Of a stretch of DNA of 64,000 bases, positions 23,905 through 36,610 are shown piece after piece. Both the position numbers and the translations under genes were made by a program. Positions within the stretch are counted from its first letter, which is position 1; the number at the start of each line of letters is the position of its first letter. Below the pieces are notes generated by a model that made no database searches, was not told the DNA's origin, and was given only the letters and a program-made list of their open reading frames with translations. The stretch comes from Mobula hypostoma (Eukaryota): positions 79,176,001 to 79,240,000 of the forward strand of contig NC_086097.1 of the NCBI RefSeq assembly GCF_963921235.1, written 5' to 3'.

Positions 23905-24231
23905 GCTGCCAGACGAGGTGGTAAATGCGGGTTCTTTTTTAACATTTAAGAATAAATTGGACAGATACATGGATGGGAGGTGTATGGAGGGATATGGTCC
24001 ATGTGCAGGTCAGTGGGACTAGGCAGAAAATGGTTCAGCACAGCCAAGAAGGGCCAAAAGGCCTGTTTCTGTGCTGTAGTTTCTATGGTTCTATGGTTTA
24101 CAAAACACACCGCTATTCAGTATTAACTTGCAAGGTTACTTCAGAGACTAATAACGGTGAGATGAGTAATTTAGATGGTGTAACATACACAAAATGCTGG
24201 AGGAACTCGGCAGGCCAGGCAGCATCTGTCT

Positions 24232-24267
24232 AGTCGACATTTCGGACGGAGACCCTTCATCAGGACT
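24232..24267 (-). ncRNA. Minimal type I hammerhead ribozyme motif
   Basis: Minus strand AGUC-CUGAUGA-A-GGGUCUCCGUCC-GAAA-UGUC-GACU; GUC triplet. Confidence 0.6.
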
Positions 24268-24789
24268 GGGGGAAAACGATGAGCAGTCAGAGTTAGAAGG
24301 TGAGCGGACTTAGCTCACCTGCGTGAAGGATGAAACAATTCCTTTTGATTTTTGCCAATATATGCTCACAGTCACATAAAGGGAAATGAGAAAACATAGA
24401 GAGGCACATGTCAGTTGCATCAAATTGTCTGTTCATGTGTCTTTGGGTTCTGTACGATTCTTCTTGGTAATACAGTGGGTCATCAGTTAATCAGGCAGCT
24501 GCTTATTTGGGACAACCCTTAAAGAATAAAAAAACTACAGAAACAGGCCTTTCAGCCCATATTGTCCATGCGAAAGCCATTTAAACTGCCTAGTCCCAAT
24601 GACCAGGGCCATCGTCCTCCATATCCCTAATATCCATAATTCTCTTAAACATTGAAATTGAGCTCGCATGGATCACTTGAGTTGGCTGCTCATTCCACAC
24701 TCTCATGACCCTCTGAGTGAAGGAGTTTCCTCTCATGATCCCCTTAAACTTTTCACCTTTCACCCTTAAACCACGACCTCTGGTTATAG

Positions 24790-27700
24790 AAACACAGAAA
24801 CATAGAAAATAGGTGCAGGAGTAGGCCATTCGGCCCTTCGAGCCTGCACCGCCATTTATTATGATCATGGCTGATCATCCAACTCAGAACCCCGCCCCAG
24901 CCTTCCCTCCATACCCCCTGACCCCCGTAGCCACAAGGGCCATATCTAACTCCCTCTTAAATATAGCCAGTGAACTGGCCTCAACTGTTTCCTGTGGCAG
25001 AGAATTCCACAGATTCACCACTCTCTGTGTGAAGAAGTTTTTCCTAATCTCGATCCTAAAAGGCTTCCCCTCTATCCTCAAACTGTGGCCCCTTGTTCTG
25101 GACTTCCCCAACATCGGGAACAATCTTCCTGCATCTAGCCTGTCCAATCCCTTTAGGATCTTATACGTTTCAATCAGATCCCCCCTCAATCTTCTAAATT
25201 CCAATGAGTACAAGCCCAGTTCATCCAGTCTTTCTTCATATGAAAGTCCTGCCATCCCAGGAATCAATCTGGTGAACCTTCTTTGTACTCCCTCTATGGC
25301 AAGGATGTCTTTCTTCAGATTAGGGGACCAAAACTGCACACAATACTCCAGGTGTGGTCTCACCAAGGCCTTGTACAACTGCAGTAGTACCTCCCTGCTC
25401 CTGTACTCGAATCCTCTCGCTATAAATGCCAGCATACCATTTGCCTTTTTCACCACCTGCTGTACCTGCATGCCCACTTTCAATGACTGGTGTATAATGA
25501 CACCATTATACCATAATGGCACCTCCCCTTTTCCTAATCGGCCACCATTCAGATAATAATGTTTTCCTATTTTTGCCACCAAAGTGGATAACTTCACATT
25601 TATCCACATTAAATTGCATCTGTCATGAATTGGCCCACTCACCCAACCTATCCAAGTCACCCTGCATCCTCTTAGCATCCTCCTCACAGCTAACACTGCC
25701 ACCCAGCTTCGTGTCATCCGCAAACTTGGAGATGCTGCATTTAATTCCTTCATCCAAGTCATTAATATATATTGTAAACAACTGGGGTCCCAGCTCTGAG
25801 CCTTGCGGTACCCCACTAGTCACCGCCTGCCATTCTGAAAAGGTCCCGTTTATTCCCACTCTTTGCTTCCTGTCTGCTAACCAATTCTCCACCCACACCA
25901 ATACCTTACCCCCAATACCGTGTGCTTTAAGTTTGCACACTAATCTCCTGTGTGGGACCTTGTCAAAAGCCTTTTGAAAATCCAAATATACCACATCCAC
26001 TTGTTCTCCCCTATCCACTCTACTAGTTACATCCTCAAAAAATTCTATGAGATTCGTCAGACATGACTTTCCTTTCACAAATCCATGCTGACTTTGTCCG
26101 ATCATTTCACCGCTTTCCAAATGTGCTGTTATCACATCCTTGATAACTGACTCCAGCAGTTTCCCCACCACCGACGTTAGGCTAACCGGTCTATAATTCC
26201 CCGGTTTCTCTCTCCCTCCTTTTTTAAAAAGTGGAGTTACATTAGCCACCCTCCAATCCTCAGGAACTAGTCCAGAATCTAATGAGTTTTGAAAAATTAT
26301 CACTAATGCATCCACTATTTCTTGGGCTACTTCCTTAAGCACTCTAGGATGCAGACCATCTGGCCCTGGGGATTTATCTGCCTTCAATCCCTTCAATTTA
26401 CCTAACACCACTTCCCTACTAACATGTATTTCGCTCAGTTCCTCCATCTCACTGGACCCTCTGTCCCCTACTATTTCTGGAAGATTATTTATGTCCTCCT
26501 TAGTGAAGACAGAACCAAAGTAATTATTCAATTGGTTTGCCATGTCCTTGCTCCCCATAATCAATTCACCTGTTTCTGTCTGCAGGGGACCTACATTTGT
26601 CTTTACCAGTCTTTTCCTTTTTACATATCTATAAAAGCTTTTACAGTCCGGTTTTATGTTCCCTGCCAGTTTTCTCTCATAATCTTTTTTCCCCTTCCTA
26701 ATTAAGCCCTTTGTCCTCCTCTGCTGAACTCTGAATTTCTCCCAGTCCTCAGGTGAGCCGCTTTCTCTGGCTAATTTGTATGCTTCTTCTTTGGAATTGA
26801 TACTATCCCTAATTTCTCTTGTCAGCCACGGGTGCACTACCTTCCTTGATTTATTCTTTTGCCAAACTGGGATGAACAATTGTTGTAGTTCATCCATGCA
26901 ACCTTTAAATGCTTGCCATTGCATATCCACCGTCAATCCTTTAAGTGTCATTTGCCAGTCTATCTTACCTAATTCATGTCTCATACCTTCAAAGTTACCC
27001 CTCTTTAAGTTCAGAACCTTTGTTTCTGAATTAACTATGTCACTCTCCATCTTAATGAAGAATTCCACCATATTATGGTCACTCTTACCCAAGGGGCCTC
27101 TCACGACAAGATCGCTAATTAACCCTTCCTCATTGCTCAAAACCCAGTCCAGCATAGCCTGCTCTCTAGTTGGTTCCTCGACATGTTGGTTCAAAAAACC
27201 ATCCCGCATACATTCCAAGAAATCCTCTTCCTCAGCACCTTTACCAATTTGGTTCACCCAATCTACATGTAGATTGAAGTCACCCATTATAACTGCTGTT
27301 CCTTTATTGCACACATTTCTAATTTCCTGTTTAATACCATCTCCGACCTCACTACTACTGTTAGGTGGCCTGTACACAACTCCCACCAGCGTCTTCTGCC
27401 CCTTAGTGTTACGCAGCTCTACCCATATCAATTCCACATCTTCCCGGCTTATGTCCTTCCTTTCTATTGCATTAATCTCTTCTTTAACCAGCAACGCCGC
27501 CCCACCTCCCCTTCCTTCATGTCTATCCCTCCTGAATATTGAATATCCCTGAACGTTGAGCTCCCATCCCTGGTCAACCTGGAGCTATGTCTCTGTGATC
27601 CCAACTATATCATAATCATTAATAACAATCTGCACTTTCAATTCATCCACCTTATTACGAATGCTCCTTGCATTGACACATAAAGCCTTCAGGCGCTCTT

Positions 27701-28332
27701 TTACAACTCTCTTAGCCCTTATACAAATATGTTGAAAAGTGGCCCTTTTTAATGCTTGCCCTGGATTTGTTGGCCTGCCACTTTTACTTTTCTCCTTTGT
27801 ACTTTTTGCTTCTACCCTCACTTTACACCCCTCTGTCTCTCTGCACTGGTTCCCACCCCTCTGTTGTGAACTAACCTCCTCACGCCTAGCCTCTTTAATT
27901 TGATTCCCACCCCCCAACCATTCTAGTTTAAAGTCACCTCAGTAGCCCCCGCTAATCTCCCTGCCAGGATATTGGTCCCCCTAGGATTCAAGTGTAACCC
28001 GTCCTTTTTGTACAGGTCACGCCTGCGCCAAAAGAGGTCCCAATGATCCAAAAACTTGAATCCCTGTCCCCTGCTCCAATCCCTCAGCCACGCATTTATC
28101 CTCCACCTCATCGCATTCCTACTCTCACTGTCGCGTGGCACAGGCAGCAATCCTGAGATTACTACCTTTGCGGTCCTTTTTCTCAACTCCCTTCCTAGCT
28201 CCCTATATACTCCTTTCAGGACCTCATCCCTTTTCCTACCTATGTCATTGGTACCTATATGTACCACGACCTCTGGCTCCTCACCCTCCCACTTCAGGAT
28301 ATCTTGGACACGATCAGAAATATCCCGGACCC
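24790..28332 (-). mobile_element. Young 5'-truncated CR1 LINE (second family) nested in an older CR1 3' fragment (24537-24789 and 28333-28425)
   Basis: Esterase ORF1 end (HIGTND, DGLHLN); ORF2 with stops at 27585 and 25623 and a frameshift ~25560; (ATAGAAAC)-like tail on + strand; ATAG at both junctions. Confidence 0.93.
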
Positions 28333-28489
28333 AATAGTCCCACCCAAGCCTGTTTGTAAGTACCCTATCTATACCCCTCATAATTTTGAATAGCTCTATC
28401 AAAGCTCCTCTCATTCTACCTTCCAGGATCTGTTCATTATCACTCGGCTGAGTTGGGGTCTTGCTATGCAAGTGTGACAAGCCACATTT

Positions 28490-31099
28490 TTTTTACATTA
28501 CAATATTAACTCGATTCCGAACAGATTCTTTAATTCCCGGATGACAGAGGCACTATTGCATCATGGAGTCCTTCGGCCTACTCAAAGTGTAACCCTCCAT
28601 TGTTGCCTATCGGAAAACGTGGGAGGCCGGATGAATGGCGTTTTGTGCAGGATTTACGAGGCGTAACCCACCTCTGCGGTTGCGCCAGAAGTCAATGTGA
28701 TACAGTATTAGTCTGCGTTCCCTCGGACAGTTGCTGGTACTTTGTAACTGATTGCGTTCCGCGTTCTTCTCCATACCCCTGCATGAGGATAGTCAATACC
28801 TGTTCGCTTTCACAGACAGCGGACAGCAATATACGTGAACACGGCTACCTGAAGGGTGCACAGAAAGTCCTGCCATATTGTACGCATCTGCTACCCATAT
28901 AGTTATCCAACTACTATCCGTCTGGCAAGCCTGATATTTAACGGATGCAGCATAATACTGCATTATGCGAGTGATCTATTGCTGGCTTCTCAGGCCCTGA
29001 CTGACTGCAGGTACTGTTTAACTAATTTGGCTACTAGAGGACACAGAGCATCCTTATCGAGACTGCAGTATGCCAGTCTACTGTGGTATATCTATTGTCA
29101 TACCAAGGAACTCGCCGTTTGAGACCAGAACGCATTTCAGCCATTATACAACCCCTGGACCCGCCACTAAAAAGCAAATGGTGGCCTTCCTGGGGATGGC
29201 AAACTATTGTAGACATTAGGTTCGAGAATATCGACTTCATGGTGCTGTTCTCAGAACGGCGATGTTGCAAGAGGCAGGTTCCTGATAATGTCCCGTGGAA
29301 TGAAGACATGCAACGAGCCTTAAAGGATGCACTGATACAGGCACCGGCCTTGGATCTGCCAGATTATAAGAAACCCTTGTACGCGAGTGAAAAGGAGGGG
29401 CTGGTTTGTGCAGTATTGACCCAGGAGCGTGGGGGATTAAGGAGATCCCCAGTGGTAAGGGGAATGCCAGGGTGCCCGCGGCAGTGATGCTGGAAAAAGA
29501 CGAACCGCTACTGCGAGACCATGTCTGCGCTATCTTAGCGCCCCGTGCAGTGATGCTACCCCTGAATTCGGCGGCGAGCCACCACTTTACAAACGCCAGA
29601 CGTACAGGGTATGAGGTAATGCTCCTTAGTAAGGTTAATTTAACCTTCAAAAGAGCCCCGGCACCAAACCCTGCCACGTTAGTGCCTTTGACAGAGGACG
29701 GCGAATCATGTGGCTGCATCAAGGTTGTGGAATTAGTTCGCTCGCCCTGTCCAGATTTACCCTCTGTACCGTTGGCTAATCCGGACCTAGTACTATTCAC
29801 AGGCGGGTACTCATGCAAACCCAGTGATAATACAACACTGGCCGGATATGCGGTGGTGATAAGCCCGTTTGAAACTCTAGAAGCAGGGACTCTCCCTCAA
29901 GGAACCTCCGCACGGGCGGCTGGACTTTTCGCCTTAACAAGAGCGTGTATTTTGGCAGAAGGATATACTGTAAGTGTATACACGGACTCTAGATATGATC
30001 TCGGGGTAGTACACAATTTGGTGTCCCTCTAGTAGCATAGAGGATTTATTACGTCAACTGGAAAACCCATACAGCACGCATACCTTATTAGGAGGCGGTG
30101 GAATTACCAAAACAAATAGTTGTCATTCAGTGCGAAGCTCACACAAACACGTCATAGCCCAATGCAGCGGCCGATGCGGTGGCCGATGGTCTGCAACAGA
30201 TGAAAAGGCTATGCGGCTACAGCGGACGCCACAGCCACTCCGGTCCACCACTCTCCAGGATCTGGAGTAGCGAGTTGTCAACTCTGTAAGCAAAACATTA
30301 GAGGGAAGTTCCCCGCAAAATTCGATCACCTACCGCCGACAAAGGCCCCCTTTGCCAATCTACAAGTAGATTCTGTGCGCTCGCATATAGATACTTATTA
30401 GTAATAGTGGGCCTGTTTTCTAAATGGGTAAAAGCCTTCCCCAAGCGGAAGGATGATACTCAGGTAGCAGTAAAAACTTTAATGAAGAGAATTATCCTCA
30501 GGCTCGGGGTACCATAAGCTTAATAGAGTCAGAGGAACGCATTTTACAGGGAAATTGATTAAGGAATTGAGCCAGGTGTTCGGATTCATCTGGGAATAGC
30601 ACTTTCCATATCAGCCTTGGTCTTCAAGGTTAATGGAGAGAATGAATGGAGTCCTGAAAGATACCCCAGCTAGGTCTGTCAGGAGAGAGGACTGAGATGG
30701 CTGGGGGCATTTCCCTTGGTGCTATATAGGAATCAGGTAAATAGGACAATCCAGCTAACCCTGTTTGATATATTGATGGCGAGGCCAATGCCAATGGCGT
30801 CTCGGCCCCCCTTAACAAGTGCTCAAACAGCACTGGCCTGGACCAACGAGAACATGATTGAATTTGTCAAAACATTGGGAGATGCAACACAATTAAGTCA
30901 GAGGTGCATAGCAGATGTGTTACCTTAGCCGGGAAAAGAAAACACCAATCCCATTAAATGTGGAGATTACGTGTATGTAAAAAAGCTTTTAAAAGATTCT
31001 CTTTTGCCTAGGTGGAAGGGTCCTTACCAGGTAATTTTGGTAACCAGAACCGTCGTAAAGCTAGAAGGACAAGAAGGACTGGATGCACGGGATCAAGTT
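28490..31099 (+). pseudogene. pol: Endogenous retrovirus pol (RT-RNase H-integrase), class I (epsilon/gamma-like), decayed
   Basis: WRFVQDLR; AFFSIPLHEDSQYLFAFT; TRLPEGCTESP; HYASDLLLA (degenerate YxDD); QAPALDLPDYKKP; GTSARAAGLFALTRAC, YTDSRY; PFANLQVD, FSKWVKAFP, GTHFTG, ERMNGVLK; PRWKGPYQVIL. Confidence 0.9.
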
Positions 31100-31100
31100 C

Positions 31101-32432
31101 CTCCACCGCGTTGTGTGGCACTATCACCGCGTTGTGTGGCACTATCACCGCGTTGTGTGGCACTATCACCGCGTTGTGTGGAACTACCACTGCCGTTGTG
31201 TGGCACTACCACCGCGTTGTGTGGAACTACCACTGCCGTTGTGTGGCACTACCACCGCGTTGTGTGGAACTACCACCGCATTGTGTGGCACTATCACTGC
31301 CGTTGTGTGGCACTACCACCGCGTTGTGTGGCACTACCACCGCGTTGTGTGGAACTACCACCGCATTGTGTGGCACTATCACTGCCGTTGTGTGGAACTA
31401 CCACCGCATTGTGTGGAACTACCACCGCATTGTGTGGCACTACCACCGCATTGTGTGGCACTACCACCGCGTTGTGTGGAACTACCACCGCATTGTGTGG
31501 AACTACCACCGCATTGTGTGGCACTATCACTGCCGTTGTGTGGAACTACCACCGCATTGTGTGGAACTACCACCGCATTGTGTGGCACTATCACTGCCGT
31601 TGTGTGGAACTACCACCGCGTTGTGTGGCACTACCACCGCATTGTGTGGCACTACCACCGCATTGTGTGGAACTACCACCGCATTGTGTGGCACTACCAC
31701 CGCATTGTGTGGAACTACCACCGCATTGTGTGGAACTACCACCGCATTGTGTGGCACTACCACCGCATTGTGTGGCACTACCACCGCGTTGTGTGGAACT
31801 ATCACTGCCGTTGTGTGGAACTATCACCGCGTTGTGTGGCACTACCACCGCCGTTGTGTGGCACTACCACCGCGTTGTGTGGAACTACCACCGCATTGTG
31901 TGGCACTATCACCGCATTGTGTGGAACTACCACCGCATTGTGTGGAACTACCACCGCGTTGTGTGGAACTACCACCGCATTGTGTGGAACTACCACCGCA
32001 TTGTGTGGAACTACCACCGCATTGTGTGGAACTACCACCGCATTGTGTGGCACTACCACCGCGTTGTGTGGAACTATCACTGCCGTTGTGTGGAACTATC
32101 ACCGCGTTGTGTGGCACTACCACCGCCGTTGTGTGGAACTACCACCGCGTTGTGTGGCACTACCACCGCGTTGTGTGGAACTATCATTGCCGTTGTGTGG
32201 AACTATCACCGCATTGTGTGGAACTACCACTGCCATTGTGTGGAACTACCACCGCATTGTGTGGAACTACCACTGCCATTGTGTGGCACTACCACTGCCA
32301 TTGTGTGGCACTACCACTGCTGTTGTGTGGCACTACCACTGCCGTTGTGTGGCACTATCACCGCGTTGTGTGGCATTACCACTGCTGTTGTGTGGCACTA
32401 CCACGGCCGTTGTGTGGCACTACTACCGACCA
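31101..32432 (+). repeat. Minisatellite, ~60 copies of a 21/22-bp unit (CACCGCRTTGTGTGGMACTAY / CACTGCCGTTGTGTGGMACTAY)
   Basis: Directly visible tandem array; no stop codons in any + frame. Confidence 0.97.
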
Positions 32433-34710
32433 CCGTGCTAGATGGGATAGACTTCGAACAGAGCTAGCAGCCCAAGACTGGGATTTATGAGGCACTGTGG
32501 GCCATCAGCAGCAGCAGAATTATACTCAACTACAATCTATAACCTCATGGCCTGGCACAACACAGGACTACTTGCATGCCGAACACCATAAGCAGCAAGA
32601 AATAGGCAGAGGTAAGTGGTCCTACAAACAACGGATCAGATCTAAGCTCTGTAGTCCTGTCACATCCAACCATGAATGGTGGTGGACAATCAAACACCTC
32701 ACTGGAGGAGGAGGCTCCACAAATATCCCCATCCTCAATGATAGAGGAGCCCAGCACACCTGTGCAAAAGAGAAGGCTGAGGAATTTTCGACAACCTTCA
32801 TTCAGAAGTGCTGAGTAGATGATCCAGCTTGGCCTCCTCCAGAAGTCCCCAGCATCCCAGATGTCAGTATGCAGTCAATCTTATTCACTCCATGTGATAT
32901 CGAGAAATGGCTGAAAGCACTGAATACTGCAAAGGCTATGGACCCAGACAAAATCCTAGCAATAGTCCTGAAGACTTGTGCTCCAGAACTTGCCCCGCCA
33001 CTAGTCAAGCTGTTCCAGTACAGCTACAACACCAGCATCGATCCGGTAATGTGGAAAATTGCCCAGGTATGTCCTGTACGCAAGAAACAGGACAAGTCCA
33101 ACCCAACTAATTACTGCCCTATCAGCCTACTCTCAATCATCAGCACAGTAATGGAAGGGTCATCAACAGTACTATCATGCAGCACCTACTCGGCAATAAA
33201 CTGCTTACGGATGTCCAGTTTGGGTTCCGTCAAGGCCACTCAGCTCCTGACCGCATCACCTCCTTGGTCCAAACATGGACCTAAGAGCTAAATACCTGAG
33301 GTGAGGTGAGAGTGATAGCTCTCAACGTCAAGACAGCATTTGACTGAGAATGGGATCAAGGTGCCCTAGCTAAAATGGAGTCAATGGGAATTAAGAGGAA
33401 AACCCTCCACTGGTTGGAATCATACCTGACACAAAGGAAGATGGTTGTGGTGGTTGGAGGTCAATCATCTCATCCTCAGGACATCACTATAGAAGTTGCT
33501 CAGGGAAGTGTCCTAGGACCAATCATCTTCAGCTGCTTCATCAATGACCTTCCTTCCGCCATAAGGTCAGAACTGGGGATATTCGCAGATGACTGCACAA
33601 TGTTCTGCACCATTCGTGATTCCTCAGATAGTGAAGCAGTTTGTACTTAAATGCAGCAGGACCTGGACAATATCCAGGCTTGGGCTGACGAGTGGCAAGT
33701 AACATTCGAACCATGCAAGTGCCCGGTGATGACCATCTCCAACAAGAGAGGCTGTAACCATCGTCCCTTGACATTCAGTGGAATCACCATCATTGAATCC
33801 CCTACTATCAATATCCTGAGGGTTACCATTGACAGAAAAGTGAACTGGTCTAGCCATATAAACACCATGGCTACAAGAGCAGGTCAAAGACCAGGAATCC
33901 TGCAGTGTGTAACTCACCTCCCGACTCTCGAAAGCCTGTCCACCATCTACAAGGCTCAGGTCAGGACTCGGGTGTGTAATGGAATGAGTGCAGCTCCATC
34001 AACACTCAATAGACAATAGGTACAGGAGTAGGCCATTCAGCCCTTCGAGCCACCACCGCCATTCACTGTGATCATGGCTGATCATTCAGTATCAGTATCC
34101 AGTTCCTGCCTTATCCCCATAACCTTTGATTCCACTATCATTAAGAGCTCTACCCATCTCTTTTTTGAAAGCATCCAGAGACTTGGCCTCCACAGCCTTC
34201 TGGGGCAGAGCATTCCATATATCCACCACTCTCTGGGTGAAAAAGTTCTTCCTCACGAAGCTTGACACCATCCAGTACAAGGCAGCCCACTTGATTCGTA
34301 CCTCATTCACAAGCATCCAATCCCTGGATCATCGATGAACAGTTGCAGCAGTGTGTACTATCTACAAGGTCCACCAAAGTTCCTAAGGCAGCACCTTTCA
34401 GACCCACGGCCACTACCATCTAGAAGGATGAGAACACCAGATACCTGGGAACACCACCACTTGGAAATCCCCCTCCAAGCTGCTCACTATCCTGACTTTG
34501 AAACATATCGCCATTCCTTCACTATCGCCATGTCAAAATCATGGAATTCCCTCCCTAAGAGCATTGTGGGTGAATCTACACCTCAGGGACTGCAGCAGTT
34601 CAAGAAGGCAGCTCGTCACCATCTTCTCAAGGGCAACTAGGGATGAGCAATAATTACTGGCTTAACTGGCGATGCCCATGTCCCGTAAATAAATAAATAA
34701 ATAAATAAAC
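32433..34710 (+). mobile_element. Decayed non-LTR retrotransposon (CR1/L2 group) inserted between ERV pol and env
   Basis: VLKTCAPELAPPLVKLFQYS, NPTNYCPISLLS, VAQGSVLGP, FADD; (TAAA)n tail; contains a CR1 3' fragment (-) at ~34009-34255. Confidence 0.88.
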
Positions 34711-34779
34711 AAAAGCAGGCAGTGGAAGAAAAAGCAGAAAAGTGAAGAGATATATTGTTGCTCGGACTGCTGAGATTTA

Positions 34780-35915
34780 TAAACCAGGAGAATGCATTTA
34801 ATACTTACATAGAACTTGCATATGAATACGCTAGCAGAAGTAATGTGTAAAGCTGTTGAGTGTGCTCGGCCATTCCCGCTCATGCAGAAAATGGGTGGGG
34901 GGGGGGTGGGAGAAGTATATTAGTATCAATATTTCTTAATAATACCAAAACTAAAGATTGTGGGAAAGTAATGAAAAGATTTGGGATGATATTCTGGGGA
35001 CATAACTTTACCGATAAGAACGGGGTCAGCAGAGTAAGACAGGAGAGTTGGATTGAACGTGCAACTGGGAATGATGCCTTGGGATGATTTGTGTCCAGTG
35101 CTGAGACTCTTACTCCCCTGTGTTATACAACTCGCTCACAATGCCCCCACCCCCGAGCCTTAGAGTCCAAGGACACAACTGTTGGTGCAGGGAGGGAGGG
35201 AAATGGAAGGCAAGGAAAAGTACATGCAATGTTACAAGTAACATCTGGACTAGTAGTTCATGGAGTGGAGAACGAATTTCTACCTCAAAGACCCCTCCTT
35301 CTCTCCCACACAATACCCTTTGGGTCTGAGGAAGCAAGATTTACCTTTGCTGGCATGGTAAGTCCCAACTGGCATGGGTTCCCATTATGAGACTGGTGAA
35401 CAAATTAGAAGATCACCCTCACCCAGTTTGAGTGCTTTTGGGTGACATTGTATCCTCGGTATGGGGTGGGCCAGACACTTAGAGAAATTATTAATATGGC
35501 CTCTGCACTGGAAAAATTGGCTAATAAAACAGCATCTGATTTAGAAAACACAGAAATGCAAATAAAAGATTTGACAGCAGAAGTAGTGGCCTTTACAACC
35601 GTGGTTCTGTAGTATAGATTGGATTAGACTTCATGCTAGCCGAAAAAGGGGAACCTGCACCATTATAGGTCAGGAATATAGTACCTACTTCCCTGATGAA
35701 TCTGAAAATATCAGCTCTCTGGTAGACCATGTTCAGGAAAGTGTGGAGCAGATTAAAAAGGTAGGTAGGAAATTCCATGATTGTAGTTCCACTGGCTGGT
35801 GGCCATTTTGGGAAACTTCAAGGGAGTTGGTGGGGAACCCTTGTCCATTAAAGGTTAATTTTGGTAATGATTTTACTTGTGGTCATGGTCATAACGATGT
35901 GCCTGTTCCTGGATA
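34780..35915 (+). pseudogene. env: Endogenous retrovirus env (gamma-type SU/TM), decayed
   Basis: C*VC (CWVC-like) 34854-34865; IRRS cleavage-like site ~35404; heptad region; immunosuppressive domain VL*YRL/GLDFMLAEKG/GTCTIIGQEYSTYFPD; hydrophobic LILVMILLVVMVITMCLFL. Confidence 0.85.
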
Positions 35916-36066
35916 GCTCCTCCTATAAAATTACTCCCACACGTTGAATTGGAATCGTAGGTCTCGAATATGACGAAGAAACCTTTTTAAACACGAGGAC
36001 CTTACCCCTTGCGTATAATATTCCCTACCCTGGGGCAATAGAAGAGTAATATTCTGAAGAGGTGGG

Positions 36067-36610
36067 TGACGGATAAGGTTGATCAGATTATTAAGAAGGA
36101 CTGCGTTTGGAAAAATTAAGAGAAAAATTAAATTTTGTTGTCAAGCTAGATTAGCTAAGTATTGCTCAAGATTTGAGTCGTGAGGATGACAGGATGGGAC
36201 GTAGACGCTGCCTTGCTTGTGCCATCTGTGGATCATGCCCTTTGTCCAAGACTGTTTAGTAAATAGAGGAACTAAATGTAGACGAGCAGTTCTAATTTTA
36301 TGTATCATGCAGGACACGTTAGGCTGATATCTAACAAGTGCTTCTTGAAATCGCTGACCAAGTATGTTTAGCTGTCAGCTATTGCCCAAAATTTACTGTA
36401 TAAATTTAAAATGTATTCTGACATTAGCAGAGTCATAAGACAAAGATCCCCGGGATCACATATTAAGTGGTTAACCTCATACCGAGGTCTGTGTCTTTGT
36501 TTCTGTTTGATAGCGGGGTAAATTCTTTTACAGTAAAAGAAGATAAAATAGTTAATATTATGACTAATCTGATCGGGGAACAAACTCTTCTGCTTGTTCC
36601 ATAACCCTCA
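36067..36610 (+). mobile_element. Putative 3' LTR of the ERV
   Basis: Purine tract GAAGAGGTGGG 36056-36066, then TGACGG ... CCCTCA near-inverted ends; TATAAA ~36399, AGTAAA ~36532; no 5' LTR found for comparison. Confidence 0.35.

Larger units (their letters stand above)
20165..24097 (+). mobile_element. Near-intact CR1 LINE (5' UTR missing)
   Basis: Open ORF1 and ORF2; 3' UTR ending in (TTCTATGG)n. Confidence 0.95.

Noticed and set aside
24861..27552. Long plus-strand ORFs (231, 153, 258 aa)
   Set aside because: Antisense shadows of the minus-strand CR1 ORF2.
31101..32432. CRISPR-like array or real Cys/His-rich ~490-aa proteins in three frames
   Set aside because: Units are contiguous with no unique spacers, and no cas genes are present in this eukaryotic context. 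The ORFs are open only because the repeat unit lacks stop codons.
28490..35915. APOBEC-type G-to-A hypermutation of the ERV (several Trp-to-stop changes)
   Set aside because: Too few sites, many indels and other changes, and no consensus to polarise mutations. Consistent with neutral decay.
34780..35915. Domesticated syncytin-like env
   Set aside because: Multiple stops and frameshifts, and the CxxC and CX6CC motifs are disrupted.
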